Below are positions 1 to 10,616 of a stretch of 64,000 nucleotides of DNA, piece by piece. The stretch lies in the NCBI GenBank assembly GCA_963720465.1, contig OY970393.1, forward strand, positions 736,001-800,000, given 5' to 3'. Numbering within the stretch: position 1 is the first letter of the stretch; every line of letters begins with the position of its first letter. Origin of the DNA: Methanobacteriota archaeon (GTDB lineage Archaea; Halobacteriota; Bog-38; Methanoflorentales; Methanoflorentaceae). The notes under the pieces were generated by a model, which ran no database searches, was not told the DNA's origin, and saw only the letters and a program-made list of their open reading frames with translations. The translations under genes and the position numbers were made by a program.

Positions 1-64
1 CTGCACTCCTATGTTACTTGCTAATTATGATTCAAACAACCTCGTTGGATTTACAAAGGGCGAA

Positions 65-289
65 ATGGGCCTTTTGGAGACTTATCGCAGCAAAATCTCT
101 CTTCATCGCGCAAAAGCGGGTTATAGCTATCCTTTGATCCGACTGCCGCACATGTTCTCTCTGCTTGCGGGGTTACCCACAAGAATCTATCAGACAGTTT
201 ACGACGGAGCACTAGCCTTTCTCGTGCTTGTTTCACCTCAAGAAAAGACCTCAGAAAGTTTCAAATCCTCCGTCTTCACACGGCGTTAA
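65..289 (+). CDS. Small element-associated ORF (intN-like, possibly AbrB-like) ending in the tRNA-Val anticodon arm
   Basis: MGLLETYRSKISLHRAKAGYSYPLIRLPH...TRIYQTVYDGALAFLV; homologous to 11540-11700 and 54504-54665; last codons are ccgtcttcacacggcg (270-285). Confidence 0.65.
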   Translation: MGLLETYRSKISLHRAKAGYSYPLIRLPHMFSLLAGLPTRIYQTVYDGALAFLVLVSPQEKTSESFKSSVFTRR

Positions 290-450
290 TTTAGGCCGCA
301 AAACCCTTTGAAGCCCCCTGCTGACCATTGGATCACTGTCGCTCATAACGATCCTATCCGTGTCTTTCAGTACCCCGAAGCGCAGACCTGAATGACAATT
401 TGATCCTAGCTAGTAACTTTTTTTAACTTTTTTTTGACGGAAAAATTAAT

Positions 451-611
451 CGGCGTGATAGCGTAAGTGCTGTCGTTTCGCTGCGGCCGCTCTTTTGCCG
501 CGTGATCGCTTGAAAAACAAGGGAGTTATCAGAACTACCTTAACCTGTGCATTGCACGTTTACACATTGAGATAAAAACCGTCTGAACGGTCGCGTGCGT
601 TTCCTTCTTTT
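451..611 (+). repeat. ~160-bp dispersed repeat, copy 1 (inverted copy at 32071-32230)
   Basis: Shared blocks gaaaaaca-ggga-ttatca-aactacctta and tctgaacggtcgcgt...tccttctttt. Confidence 0.75.
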
Positions 612-695
612 TCATGATTCTAGCTGATAACCCTGTGATATTCAGCATGATTCATGTATCTGGTGCAGAACATGGAGAGGTAAAGGTTTTCTCTT

Positions 696-1313
696 ATGAT
701 TGGGCTCTTCGTCTTCGATCTCGGCAACGTCATCCTTCCCTTCGAGCACAGACAAATTACGGTGAAGCTCCACGAAGTCTCCCGAATACAGAACCGTTTT
801 ACACCTGATGACCTTTTCAGGTTTCTCTTTGATAAAGATCGGGGTTTCGTAAATCCCTACGAAGAAGGCCGCATATCGTCACTGGATTTTTTCGCGAAGA
901 TCAAAGAGAGATACAAACTGGATCTGAAATTTGAAGAATTCAAAGACATATGGAGCAACATCTTTGAAGAAGATCCCGAAGTTAACGCGATTATTACACA
1001 TCTGAAGAATAAAGGCTACCCGGTTTTTCTTCTCAGCAACACCAACGAACTCCATTTTTCCTACGTTATGGAACGTTATCCCATTATCCATTCCCTCGAC
1101 GAGTGGATTCTCTCATATGAGGTAGGCGCAAGAAAACCTAAGAAAAAGATATTTGATGTCGTCTTCGAGAAGACAGATATCGCACGGGAAGAAACGCTCT
1201 ATATTGATGATATTAAGGCATACGTGGAGGCCGCAAAGACGTATGGTCTTCAGGGTATGCATTTCAAAAACTCAAAAGATTTGTGGGAATTGCTGAAAGA
1301 AAAATGCATGTAA
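696..1313 (+). CDS. HAD-superfamily phosphatase (YihX-like)
   Basis: FDLGNV motif I, LSNTN motif II, KP and IDD motifs; ggagagg SD upstream. Confidence 0.9.
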   Translation: MIGLFVFDLGNVILPFEHRQITVKLHEVSRIQNRFTPDDLFRFLFDKDRGFVNPYEEGRISSLDFFAKIKERYKLDLKFEEFKDIWSNIFEEDPEVNAIITHLKNKGYPVFLLSNTNELHFSYVMERYPIIHSLDEWILSYEVGARKPKKKIFDVVFEKTDIAREETLYIDDIKAYVEAAKTYGLQGMHFKNSKDLWELLKEKCM

Positions 1314-1578
1314 GTAACAGATTCAGGTGTTATTTTTCAATATCAAGCACTGAACGACGCGATACCAAACAACTAAATTCTTAAGCGCGTCTAACAGTGC
1401 TTTCCGCTCAACTGAGTCAATCGGGTATATGTAAAAATCGACGCCTTCGCCCCTACCGCATCCTTTTCGTTCTATCTCAACGTAGGCATATAATTCCAAC
1501 TCAGCAATGAGTGGGCTCACTCGCTTTAATAAGCAGGTCGCTAAGATCATTCGTCGAAGATCGATAGCGAGACGCGGT

Positions 1579-1624
1579 CAGAAAATGCCTCTAAAAACGC
1601 TAAATCCTCCGTCCATATCAGGCG
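1579..1624 (+). mobile_element. Remnant of the intN-like ORF 3' end with degenerate att
   Basis: agaaaatgcctctaaaaacgctaaatcctccgtc...ggcg aligns with 241-285. Confidence 0.55.
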
Positions 1625-2383
1625 AGGGCCTCATCCTCACGGAGATCTAGCTAACGGAAATTCAAGAGCGAACAAAGTCCCCTTTTTTATGTAAACCTAA
1701 ATTCCAGCGCGATAGCGCAACGGCGCCAAGTGCTAGCGCAACCCCCCACGCGGGCCACGCTACCGGAGCTTGCTGTTCAGCTCGGCTCAGCTCGGAGCGA
1801 CAGCATTGAGCATCGTTAATCGAATCACATATCGTGCACTTAGCATCCCCATTCGCTGCCCCTTCTTGGATACCGGCGCTCACTTCGCTCGGATCACTAT
1901 ATGGCGGCGTATTGCTTGATTGCTTGAACTATCTCGTCTCCGTCGCTGTCTTTGTTGCTGTCCGCAGAGTTATGTCTGGCTGTCTGTTATCTCGGCCGTT
2001 CTAATATCCACTGTAAGTCCACATAACTATCCGATGAGTACTATAGAGCTTACCGATAGGGGCGACGAATCCTGCCGGGCCCACTATCCTTTTTTGCAAA
2101 ACTAGACGTGCGTAATGTTGAACTTGAGTAAAGCCCTGTAGCTAAAGACATAGAAGAAATGCTTAGCGAGGACGAAGAATAGAGCTGGCGTTCTTGCTAG
2201 CCGATGAATTGGACCTGACTCTTGTCTTCAGATTGAGATTAAGAAACAAACCGGGCCTAGCGCATAGCACCTGCGACAAGATTGCAGAGAATCTCATGCG
2301 GGCTGCGGTTACGATATATTTGCAATCCAGCTCGCAGGGGGTATCCTCTACCCGTTTAGGGTTGTACTCACGCCCAAATGCTT

Positions 2384-2950
2384 CTACCAGATATCTTCCG
2401 CGGTCTCTTGTGTCGTCGACCCGTTCTCCCCCGCACCGTTCGCGCATGCATCAAATGCCGACATCCCCAGTATCGAGCGGTTCTGCCGTGTGCCGTGCGC
2501 GTACGCGCCAATTTCGTTGGCGATTGGCCCAAGCGCCTTTGCCTTTGAGACGATCTTATGCATCGTTTCGGTGAACTTGATTCCCTCTGATGCGGAAATC
2601 TGATCCCAATAGAGCCGTTCGGGATTGATGCCGATTGCTTGTAAGTAGGCTTTGAGATAGGTCGTGCGCATATCGCACGCGTAGTTCCCTTTCAGGTAAT
2701 GGCAGTCGCCGAAGTGACAGCCGAGCACCATGACCATATCGGCGCCGGAAAGGAACGCTTTGACGATGAACAGCGGGTTTATTCGTCCCGTGCACATCAC
2801 CCGAATAACGCGCGCATTCGGCGGGTCCTGCATGCGCGCGGTACCCGCCCCATCCGCGCCCGCGTAAGAGCACCAGTTGCAGCAGAAGGTCAAGATACTA
2901 GGTTCCCATTGCCGCTCGTCCATTTCCGTAGCGTCTTCAGCTTGGCTCAT
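2384..2950 (-). CDS. mvhD: MvhD/FlpD [2Fe-2S] hydrogenase delta subunit (C-terminal tail probably non-native)
   Basis: FCCNWCSYAGAD, MCTGR, GCHFGDCHY, W.SASEG motifs. Confidence 0.93.
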   Translation of the reverse strand: MSQAEDATEMDERQWEPSILTFCCNWCSYAGADGAGTARMQDPPNARVIRVMCTGRINPLFIVKAFLSGADMVMVLGCHFGDCHYLKGNYACDMRTTYLKAYLQAIGINPERLYWDQISASEGIKFTETMHKIVSKAKALGPIANEIGAYAHGTRQNRSILGMSAFDACANGAGENGSTTQETAEDIW

Positions 2951-4116
2951 GCTTTCACCTCGGCAATTTTGGACAGAGGTATCGCGTCAGCCGTCGACTG
3001 TCCCGGCACATATCCCAGCGTCCCTTGAACCGACGATTGTACCATATGGGTGATCGTGGCAAGCGGGATCTTCTTCGGACACACGTTCTCGCACTGGCCG
3101 CAGTTCACACACGACGGACTCACGTGCATCAATCGCGTAAGGTGGAACATCGGGTCAGGCGGCACTGTGTCTTTAGGCACCACGAACTCTTGCTTCGTAA
3201 AGCATTCAACACACGAGCATATCGGGCACACGTCGATACACTCCCGACAGCCATCACACTTATCAAATTGGGCGAACAGTCTCTCGAATTTGTGCTCGCC
3301 GTCAAATTGGGCAAATTGCGTCGCCATGGCTTTGCGTGCCATCTTCACCATGATGCCGTCCAGCTTCTCGCGTAGGGCTATACCTTGCGGTGGCGCGTCC
3401 TTCAGCGTGATCGCGCCCGCTGCAATCGCAGTATCGAGGAGCTTTTGCCCCTTTTCCGTGCGCACTTCGACAAACGTGACTTTTCCTGCGTCGTCACCGA
3501 TGACGCCCCAGTTGCCGCACGCCAGATCGGCCATGCGCGGTATGTTGTATTCGCATCGTTGGCAGTTCGTGCGTCGGCCGTAACCCTCGGCTTCCAAGTC
3601 ATCGATGGAGAGCTCTTTGTGTTGGCCGTCCTTGGTTATGATGATGAGCTTTCCCTTATCGATCTCCTCTTTTACCACGTCCTCGGGATCAATGTCGAAG
3701 AACTGTCGAATCATCTCACGGGCAGGCCCGGGTAACATCGTCCCGCCGCAGTTGACGCCGATCATATAGACGTTGTCGAGATCGATCTGATTACGTTTGC
3801 TCAACTCGATAATGGCACGCGCGTCACACGGCTTACACGTCACCGCAATGCGCAAATCACGCGCACCATTGAAATCATTCTTTATCAATTTCGCGCTCAG
3901 CGTTGGGGCGCAGTGCAACGAGCCGGCAGCATCCGTTATCTCCTCTTTGGTGGTCGCAAAATAAGGAGCACCGTCATAGATGCTTTCACCTCTTTTGATC
4001 ACCAGCGCTCCGTCCACTAACTTCTGCTCTACCGCGGCTATGAGCACAGCGGTAATCACGCCCCCGCATTCTCCCTGTTCTTGTACTAGCTTATCTGTGG
4101 CTCTTCCGTAATACAT
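2947..4116 (-). CDS. fdhB: F420-binding formate dehydrogenase beta subunit (FrhB/FdhB family)
   Basis: GECGG, GSLHCAP, KPCD, GVNCGGT, RRTNCQRC, two 4Fe-4S motifs; start MYYGR at 4116 after an AT-rich promoter. Confidence 0.9.
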   Translation of the reverse strand: MYYGRATDKLVQEQGECGGVITAVLIAAVEQKLVDGALVIKRGESIYDGAPYFATTKEEITDAAGSLHCAPTLSAKLIKNDFNGARDLRIAVTCKPCDARAIIELSKRNQIDLDNVYMIGVNCGGTMLPGPAREMIRQFFDIDPEDVVKEEIDKGKLIIITKDGQHKELSIDDLEAEGYGRRTNCQRCEYNIPRMADLACGNWGVIGDDAGKVTFVEVRTEKGQKLLDTAIAAGAITLKDAPPQGIALREKLDGIMVKMARKAMATQFAQFDGEHKFERLFAQFDKCDGCRECIDVCPICSCVECFTKQEFVVPKDTVPPDPMFHLTRLMHVSPSCVNCGQCENVCPKKIPLATITHMVQSSVQGTLGYVPGQSTADAIPLSKIAEVKA

Positions 4117-4236
4117 ATGAGTCGCCTGATTATAATAAAAAATTATATATAATAATATATATATAATTAGTTGCTTTAAAGCTTTTCGATGCCAACGCAC
4201 CGCACTATGAGCTTTTACAAAAATTTAAAACGCGTA

Positions 4237-4648
4237 ATAGTGAGAAGAGCGTTGGTTCCGAAAAGCCAGTGCTGCAGGTCGAATCCTCCTAAGACAAAAT
4301 CCGAATGGAAAACTACGTACCTTTGCACCCACAGGTCGTTTCAGCTATTGAAGCTATGCTCGGCGACCGCAAGAACGAAGACCGCGCAGTTGGATATAAC
4401 AGCTTCCAAATGTGGATGAAGCGCCAAGAAATCCCTATGAGTCACTTTGAAGGCATTTTTTGCCAAGCGACTTGCGGAAATTCGCGGAGCAGCACGGCGA
4501 CACAATCGAATGGGAGCAGTCTAATCGAAAGTACGTGCTCACTCACGGCGTCGGAGGGGTAGATTGGAGCCATTACAAGCACCCTCTTCCCGAATCGGTG
4601 CATGATATTTATATGAAGTATTGGGGAGACGTGAGCTTGAAAACCTAA
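4237..4648 (+). pseudogene. Tyrosine recombinase, C-terminal remnant
   Basis: KPVLQVESS*DKIRMENYVPLHPQV...SDLRKFAEQHGD...THGVGGVDWSHYKHPLPE; homolog of 12430-12834; stop and frameshift. Confidence 0.85.
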
Positions 4649-4921
4649 CTGAACTGGCTTTTTTTTTGATTTTTTTTAGCTACAGTAAATGCTCTCGGCC
4701 AAACGCAGAAGTCCGGTGCAGTTTGTAAATTATCGTGCGTTTGACCACGGAAGGCATATTAGTCTATATTCTGTCCCTTATTTTACTTCGGTCAGTTGAA
4801 CGACTAGACCGCGACCTTCACGGTTAGGCTGAATGCCTCGCGGCGCGTGGAGCTGCCAGCGCAATAGCGCGACTCAAGCTCCAGCGGCGCATTAATAAAT
4901 CCTTTTTAACCAACGACCCGC

Positions 4922-6187
4922 TCATTGTCGGTATGTCTTCATCACGTAAGCGGCGATAACGAGTCCGACAATAACCAGTCCGACAATAACCAGTCCGACG
5001 ATATTGAGTTCGATAAAAATGGGCGTGACCTCAAAGCCGGACGTCGCATCTTGACTTGGGACCGCGGCTGCGTTGCTGATGGCGTAGACGTTGCCGTCAT
5101 TACTCCCCACGTAAATTACTGGGCTGACGACGGCAGGAGAAGAGAGCACGACGTTTGCGGTCGCGTAACTCCACAGCTTCGCCCCAGTGGTAGCGTTCAG
5201 GGCGTAGACGTTGCCGCCATCACTCCCCACGTACACCGTCCCGTTGGCAACGGCGGGGGATGAGTCAACATAGCTTCCGGTCGTGTAGTTCCACAGCTTC
5301 GCCCCAGTGGTAGCGTTCAGAGCGTAAGTGTTGTTATCATCGCTCCCCACGTAAACCGTGCCGTTGGCGACGGCGGGGGAGGAAGCAACCACATTTCTGG
5401 TCGTGTAGTTCCAGAGCTTCGCGCCTGTGGTGGCGTTGAGAGCGTAGATGTTATGGTCATTACTCCCTACGTAGACCACGCCGTTCACGACGGCAGGGGA
5501 GGAAAGCACAGAGTTTCTGGTCGTGTAGTTCCACAGCTTCGCAGCGGAGGTAGCGTTGAGAGCGTAGATGTTATGGTCATTACTCCCTACGTAGACCACG
5601 CCGTTCACGACGGCAGGGGAGGAAAGCACAGAGTTTCTGGTCGTGTAGTTCCAGAGCTTCGCTCCTGTGGTGGCGTTGAGAGCGTAGACTTTGCCATCTT
5701 CGCTGCCGACGATGACCACACCGTTCACGACGGCGGGGGAGGAGTGAACGTAGCTTTTGGTCGTGTAGTTCCAGAGCTTCGCGCCTGTGGTGGCGTTGAG
5801 GGCGTAGATGTTATGGTCATTACTCCCTACGTAGACCACGCCGTTGACGACGGCGGGGGAGGAAAGCACAGCGTCTCCGGTCGTGTAGTTCCACAGCTTC
5901 GCAGCGGAGGTAGCGTTGATAGCGTAGATGTTATGGTCATTACTCCCCACGTAGACCACCCCGTTGACGACGGCGGGTGAGGAACCCACATAGCCTCCCG
6001 TCGCGACGCTCCACGTCAGAGGGCCATTCGACCTCCCTGCCACAGGACAGTAGTCGCCGCTATGCGCCGCATTATACCGATATTGCATTGTATCGTGCTG
6101 TGCCACTGCAGGAACCGAAGAGCCTGCGAGCAAGACGGTAATGAGAAGAATGACTGCAGCAAATGAGACGATTTTGGATACGCGCAT
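4922..6187 (-). CDS. Secreted/membrane-anchored PQQ-like beta-propeller protein (BamB-like)
   Basis: Signal peptide, about eight 40-aa repeats SSPAVVNGVVYVGS.D..IYALNA.TG.KLW, C-terminal TM helix. Confidence 0.9.
   Translation of the reverse strand: MRVSKIVSFAAVILLITVLLAGSSVPAVAQHDTMQYRYNAAHSGDYCPVAGRSNGPLTWSVATGGYVGSSPAVVNGVVYVGSNDHNIYAINATSAAKLWNYTTGDAVLSSPAVVNGVVYVGSNDHNIYALNATTGAKLWNYTTKSYVHSSPAVVNGVVIVGSEDGKVYALNATTGAKLWNYTTRNSVLSSPAVVNGVVYVGSNDHNIYALNATSAAKLWNYTTRNSVLSSPAVVNGVVYVGSNDHNIYALNATTGAKLWNYTTRNVVASSPAVANGTVYVGSDDNNTYALNATTGAKLWNYTTGSYVDSSPAVANGTVYVGSDGGNVYALNATTGAKLWSYATANVVLSSPAVVSPVIYVGSNDGNVYAISNAAAVPSQDATSGFEVTPIFIELNIVGLVIVGLVIVGLVIAAYVMKTYRQ
5085..6010 (-). repeat. 120-bp coding tandem repeats (propeller blades)
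   Basis: Near-identical 120-nt units visible at the nucleotide level. Confidence 0.9.
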
Positions 6188-6289
6188 TGTTCTTAGAACG
6201 TTCGTTGACGCACCGAGAACGTGTCAGACATACGATAAAGGCTCCGATTTGAAAGCGATAGGAGAGGCAGCACTTAAGGAAATCTGCGC

Positions 6290-6547
6290 TCACGACTGTT
6301 CATACGCATAGCCGTATTCGCGAGCCTGACGTATTTGCACTTGTATCCTTTTGATAATCCGCCGCAACTGCTGACGTGTGCTGTCAGGAAGCGACGAGTC
6401 GTGCACGCGGTCTTGCAGGTACCGGTAAGCTTCCCAACTGGTCGAGCACTTCCTAAAAAGTTTTTCGGCAGCCATATCGGCATAGTCGTTTTTAAAGTCC
6501 GCAATTTCAAGAATGAGTTCATCGACCTCTATACAATCGTTATTCAC
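6290..6547 (-). CDS. Small helical hypothetical protein (a sliver of a paralog at 30479-30532)
   Basis: ORF; AEKLFRKCSTSWEAY motif recurs in the sliver. Confidence 0.6.
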   Translation of the reverse strand: MNNDCIEVDELILEIADFKNDYADMAAEKLFRKCSTSWEAYRYLQDRVHDSSLPDSTRQQLRRIIKRIQVQIRQAREYGYAYEQS

Positions 6548-6834
6548 GGTGTGAGATAGCGGGTTTATCTGGGTAATTGTTAGCTAGAAGTGGAGCGAAA
6601 ATGTAGTCAAATTCAGGCCATTGTGCACGACGTTTTAAAGCACGCAACAACGGCCTTTATTTGCCATCGCGCCGATTCTGGTAATCAGTTACTTAGTAAG
6701 CACATAACGCTGCATAGCGCCACCATGCTGGTGATAGTACGCGTGAAGAAGAATGGAAAATAGGACGAGACGAACCCGAAGGCGGAAACTCCCTTGTAAG
6801 AGACGAACATAAGATCGCCAAACAGAATGAAGAA

Positions 6835-7431
6835 TTGTGGGACTCGAGAGCCGAAACGTATGACACCCGTTTTAGTTTTACACGCTGGACACAGAAGAAA
6901 CTGGTCTCTCTACTGCAGTTGGGCGATAATCCTTATCTTCTGGACCTTGCGTGTGGCACGGGCTGGGCTCTCCAGTATGCTGCTAATCGAACCAATGGGC
7001 AAGGCGAGTTTTACGGCGTCGATAATTCATCAAAGATGATTGCACAGGCACAAGCCAAATCTCAAAGCTGCGGCAGCCTGCATTTTTATAAAGCAAGAGT
7101 TGAGGCGCTCCCCTTCGACGACGACTTCTTCCATGTCGTTATGTCTTCCAACGCCTTCCATCACTTTTCAAACCCCGAAAAGGCACTTAGAGAGGCGAAC
7201 AGAGTGTTGAAGCCGAAAGGTAAGCTATACATTTTGGATATCACAGCCAACAACCCCTTTATGAGGCTCTTGGACAGATTCAGCCGTAAGGTGGAGCCAG
7301 CCCACGTCAAACTGTATTCAAGAAAGGAGTTTGAGGCCTTATTTGGAAGAGCCGGGCTATGTTATATTACGAGTAAACGCATCATTCCAGCAATCGAAGT
7401 TCATATAGCTGAGAAATCAAAATGTCTTTAG
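6835..7431 (+). CDS. Class I SAM-dependent methyltransferase (UbiE-like); start uncertain
   Basis: LLDLACGTG, GVD.S..M, LPF.D..F, RVLKP.G. Confidence 0.85.
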   Translation: MWDSRAETYDTRFSFTRWTQKKLVSLLQLGDNPYLLDLACGTGWALQYAANRTNGQGEFYGVDNSSKMIAQAQAKSQSCGSLHFYKARVEALPFDDDFFHVVMSSNAFHHFSNPEKALREANRVLKPKGKLYILDITANNPFMRLLDRFSRKVEPAHVKLYSRKEFEALFGRAGLCYITSKRIIPAIEVHIAEKSKCL

Positions 7432-8351
7432 TTTTAAAGGAGTGAGAAAAAATAAATTGCGAAGAGAAACTAAAAATCCTGATGGATGCTTGCGAGCAGG
7501 CATTAATGTACGGTTGGGAAGATAATTTCAATTGGAGAGAGGACAAGCCTAGTGCTTTTTGGGATGAAAAAGAAGCTTGGACAATCATAAAAGAAGCGTT
7601 TGTTAAGGTTGAAGACGACAAAAAATGATAGCGCCATAACGTGTGAAAAAGGCGTTTGCTCAATGGGTTAACAGATATTTGACGTGTTTCCTTATCCGGT
7701 TCTACCTTCTTCCTTCCCTGAAATGTGAAACAAGAGCGTTGAGAGCTTCCACATCATCTAGGCTAATCTGGCACTTTTCAAAGGTTTTGGTTTTCACTTC
7801 TTCAAGCACACGGCTTAGCAAGTCAGCTTCGCCGTCTGTCAGAACTAACGCCTTGGTGAGTATTTTCTCCCTCCCACTCGGTGCTAATCACATGGATTGC
7901 ATAGCATATTGCATATTTGCTTTGTTCTGATGGCCTTTCTGTCGACAAAGCGGCCTCTATTTTAGCCTCGAGAAGCTTGAAGCTTTCAAATTTAAATGAA
8001 TCAACACAAGAAGCTCTGAATAGTCGAGAACGTCTGTAATGTAAGCAATATGGAACATGCTTTCTATCGCCGCGCAATCTGCAGCGAGTGTAGTTTCCGC
8101 ATCTCTTGCAGTTCACCGAGGGTGCATCCCTTGACGAACGACGCCACCTTGTCCAGTTCGTGATAGACGTTCTGCAGAGCACAGCGCAAAAAGACCATGC
8201 TGCGCGCGGTGTGAAACTGAATTTGTGATAAAAAAGAAGAGACTCGCAGGCGATTACGGGCGCTTCCTTCAATAATTTGAGAAAACTTCTTAAATGCACA
8301 AGTCTTTATAAGCAAATCCAGCGCGGCTGGTCAGCAAAGCAGGTGATTAAG

Positions 8352-8771
8352 ATGAAATTCAACTTAGATGTCGTTACGATTCTGTCGCACATCGATGAAC
8401 TATCGAGAGTCCACAGTACGATTGTGATGGCGGGATTAGCCGATACCCTTAAAAATGCCCAAGGGATTACGCTTTTTGCTCCTGAGAACGAAGCATTCGA
8501 TAAGCTTCAAGGAAGCACGATAATGAGTGCGCTCGAAGACGCTGACAAAGCGAAGAACATCTTGACCTATCACGTCGTTCCAGAGAGGCTTGTGGCCTCG
8601 AACTTGCGCAAGGAAAAAAGCGTTACTACCATGCAAGGCGCAACGCTCAAGATTGAGGAGCAGCGCTGGTTGCGCCACGGCATAAAGGTCAATGACGCGG
8701 TGGTAAAAGAGGCCGATATTGAAGGCAGCAACGGTGTCATCCACATTATTGATACTGTCTTAGTGCCGTAG
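8352..8771 (+). CDS. Fasciclin (FAS1) domain protein
   Basis: TLFAP.NEAF, LTYHVV, NGVIHIIDTVL; aggtga SD. Confidence 0.92.
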   Translation: MKFNLDVVTILSHIDELSRVHSTIVMAGLADTLKNAQGITLFAPENEAFDKLQGSTIMSALEDADKAKNILTYHVVPERLVASNLRKEKSVTTMQGATLKIEEQRWLRHGIKVNDAVVKEADIEGSNGVIHIIDTVLVP

Positions 8772-9309
8772 TATCGTGGCTTTACTCTCTCCTGCCGGGG
8801 CTAAAACACATGGACCGCATGACATGTTTCATGTGTGATTTTTTCTAATGGCGATATTAGCGTCAAAATGGCCGCCGGGTTAGTCTCTGATATAGCGCGG
8901 GGGCTCTACAGCGTCAAGGTGCGCTCGCGGCCCTGCTAGAATCGACGTGACAAACCCAGTGAGGGTCTGGGCAAGCTGGTCTTTCAAGCGCAAATGTGCG
9001 CAAATACGATCCTTTTGAGTTTATCCAATGAGTCGCTATATTTCACCCATGCAACCAACCGCTCCTTGGTTTTACCACGCCTGCTTATACTCATAAAATT
9101 GTGAAACCTTAAAGCGCCATAATCTGACAACTACGCATATATCTTTGTAACAGCGCTTTGTTACAACGGCCTGTCTGCAGGGTCGCAATTGACGAAAGAA
9201 GGCAATATTGACGAGATTAAGCAACACAAGCTATAAGAGCGAGCAACTCATAGCTTTTGCTAGGAAGCACGGAACTTCGGTTGCTCGAACGCGTCAAGTG
9301 GCGATTCTG

Positions 9310-10361
9310 ATGTCCACATCCGACTTCGGGCCGGTCTATACCGACGCTACTCTTTTTGATACACTATGCCAAACGCTGGAATCAGATCTCGCGAAAGAAG
9401 CGTGCAAAACTCTTAAGAAAGCTGTCGCTGATCCAATTTGCGCTGCTGTTAAACAGAGCATCCGCGATTCATTGCGCACTGAAGACGCGCACGACGGCAC
9501 AACGCATTATAGCGCTGAAACAACCCCCGCTCGGTTCGGCACCACGTTCGAGAACACGATATCCCGTGCAGTGTGTGCGGCGCTCAAGCAGGCGATGGAC
9601 GACACCGCGTGCAGCACTCTTAAGAGCACAATTCACCACAGCTTCGAGCTCGCGCTCGGGAGAGAGCACATAGAAGACGTGCGTTTCGTCCCCTCGATGA
9701 CTCCCCAACTTATCGACTCTTTCTGCACATCTCTTGAACAGATCACGGGAAATGCCGTATGCGCTGCATTGAAGCAGGCAATGGACGACACTGTTTGCGC
9801 CGCTCTTAAAAAGGGCGTCCAAAGCTCGTTCGCGCAGCTAGCGGGCCACAATCGCCGAGAGGATGACATCGCCGAGATTCCGGAGCTGTGGCTCGACCGC
9901 GAATTTACGTGGCGAGCGGCGGCTGATGACGATGGCGCTACAGACGCATTTGGCAGGGTAGAGGACGCCGTCGTTAAAGTGGTCTGCAATCGACTAAAAG
10001 CAGCAGTGACGAGCACGCTCTGCAGACTTCTCCAACAAACGATCAAAGATACTGTCGAAAAGCACTCGACGGAATGCAAGGCAAAATGTCAACGAGACGT
10101 TGAGCAGCCTAGGGCCTACGAACGATCACGAATACCCATGCGTCGATTGCACTCGTTTTTACGGTTGGTTTGGTCGTCGTGTTGCTTGCTGCCATACTAG
10201 CTCCAGGCGCTCTTCCCCCCACTACCGTTAGTAGCTCTAGCAGCCCCAATCCTCCTAGTAATAATATTATCCTAAGAAACCCCAGTGCCCCCAGGCCTCC
10301 CAGTAATGCCACTGCTACTGCCACTCCTACTGCCACGCCTACTGCCTCGCCCGTGATATAA
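9310..10361 (+). CDS. Cys-periodic helical repeat protein; probable frameshift before a C-terminal TM and Pro/Thr tail
   Basis: Ten CxxL/V motifs; alternative frame from ~10140 gives ASIALVFTVGLVVVLLAAILAPG...PTATPTASPVI. Confidence 0.5.
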
Positions 10362-10616
10362 GCGGCTGTCGAGATGCCTGTTAAGCACGTGTTAGGCGCT
10401 AATTTCAGCAATGGCAGGTGCAATGTTCCTTTGGCTGCCGACCTTTCATCCTGTTGGGATAGAATCACAAGCAATCAAGTAGCTGAACAAGTAGCGCTTA
10501 AATTATAGGCTCCCCCTTCCCTGGTAACCAGTGCGAGATTGCTTCTAGCAAAAAAACCTAATAGCATCGGGCAAACTAAACGCTTTATCTTGTCGGATGC
10601 ATTCTTTTTAGTTGTT

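Noticed and set aside
2163-2447. Separate gene after mvhD
   Set aside because: Overlaps the mvhD tail, has no recognisable family and is probably junction DNA
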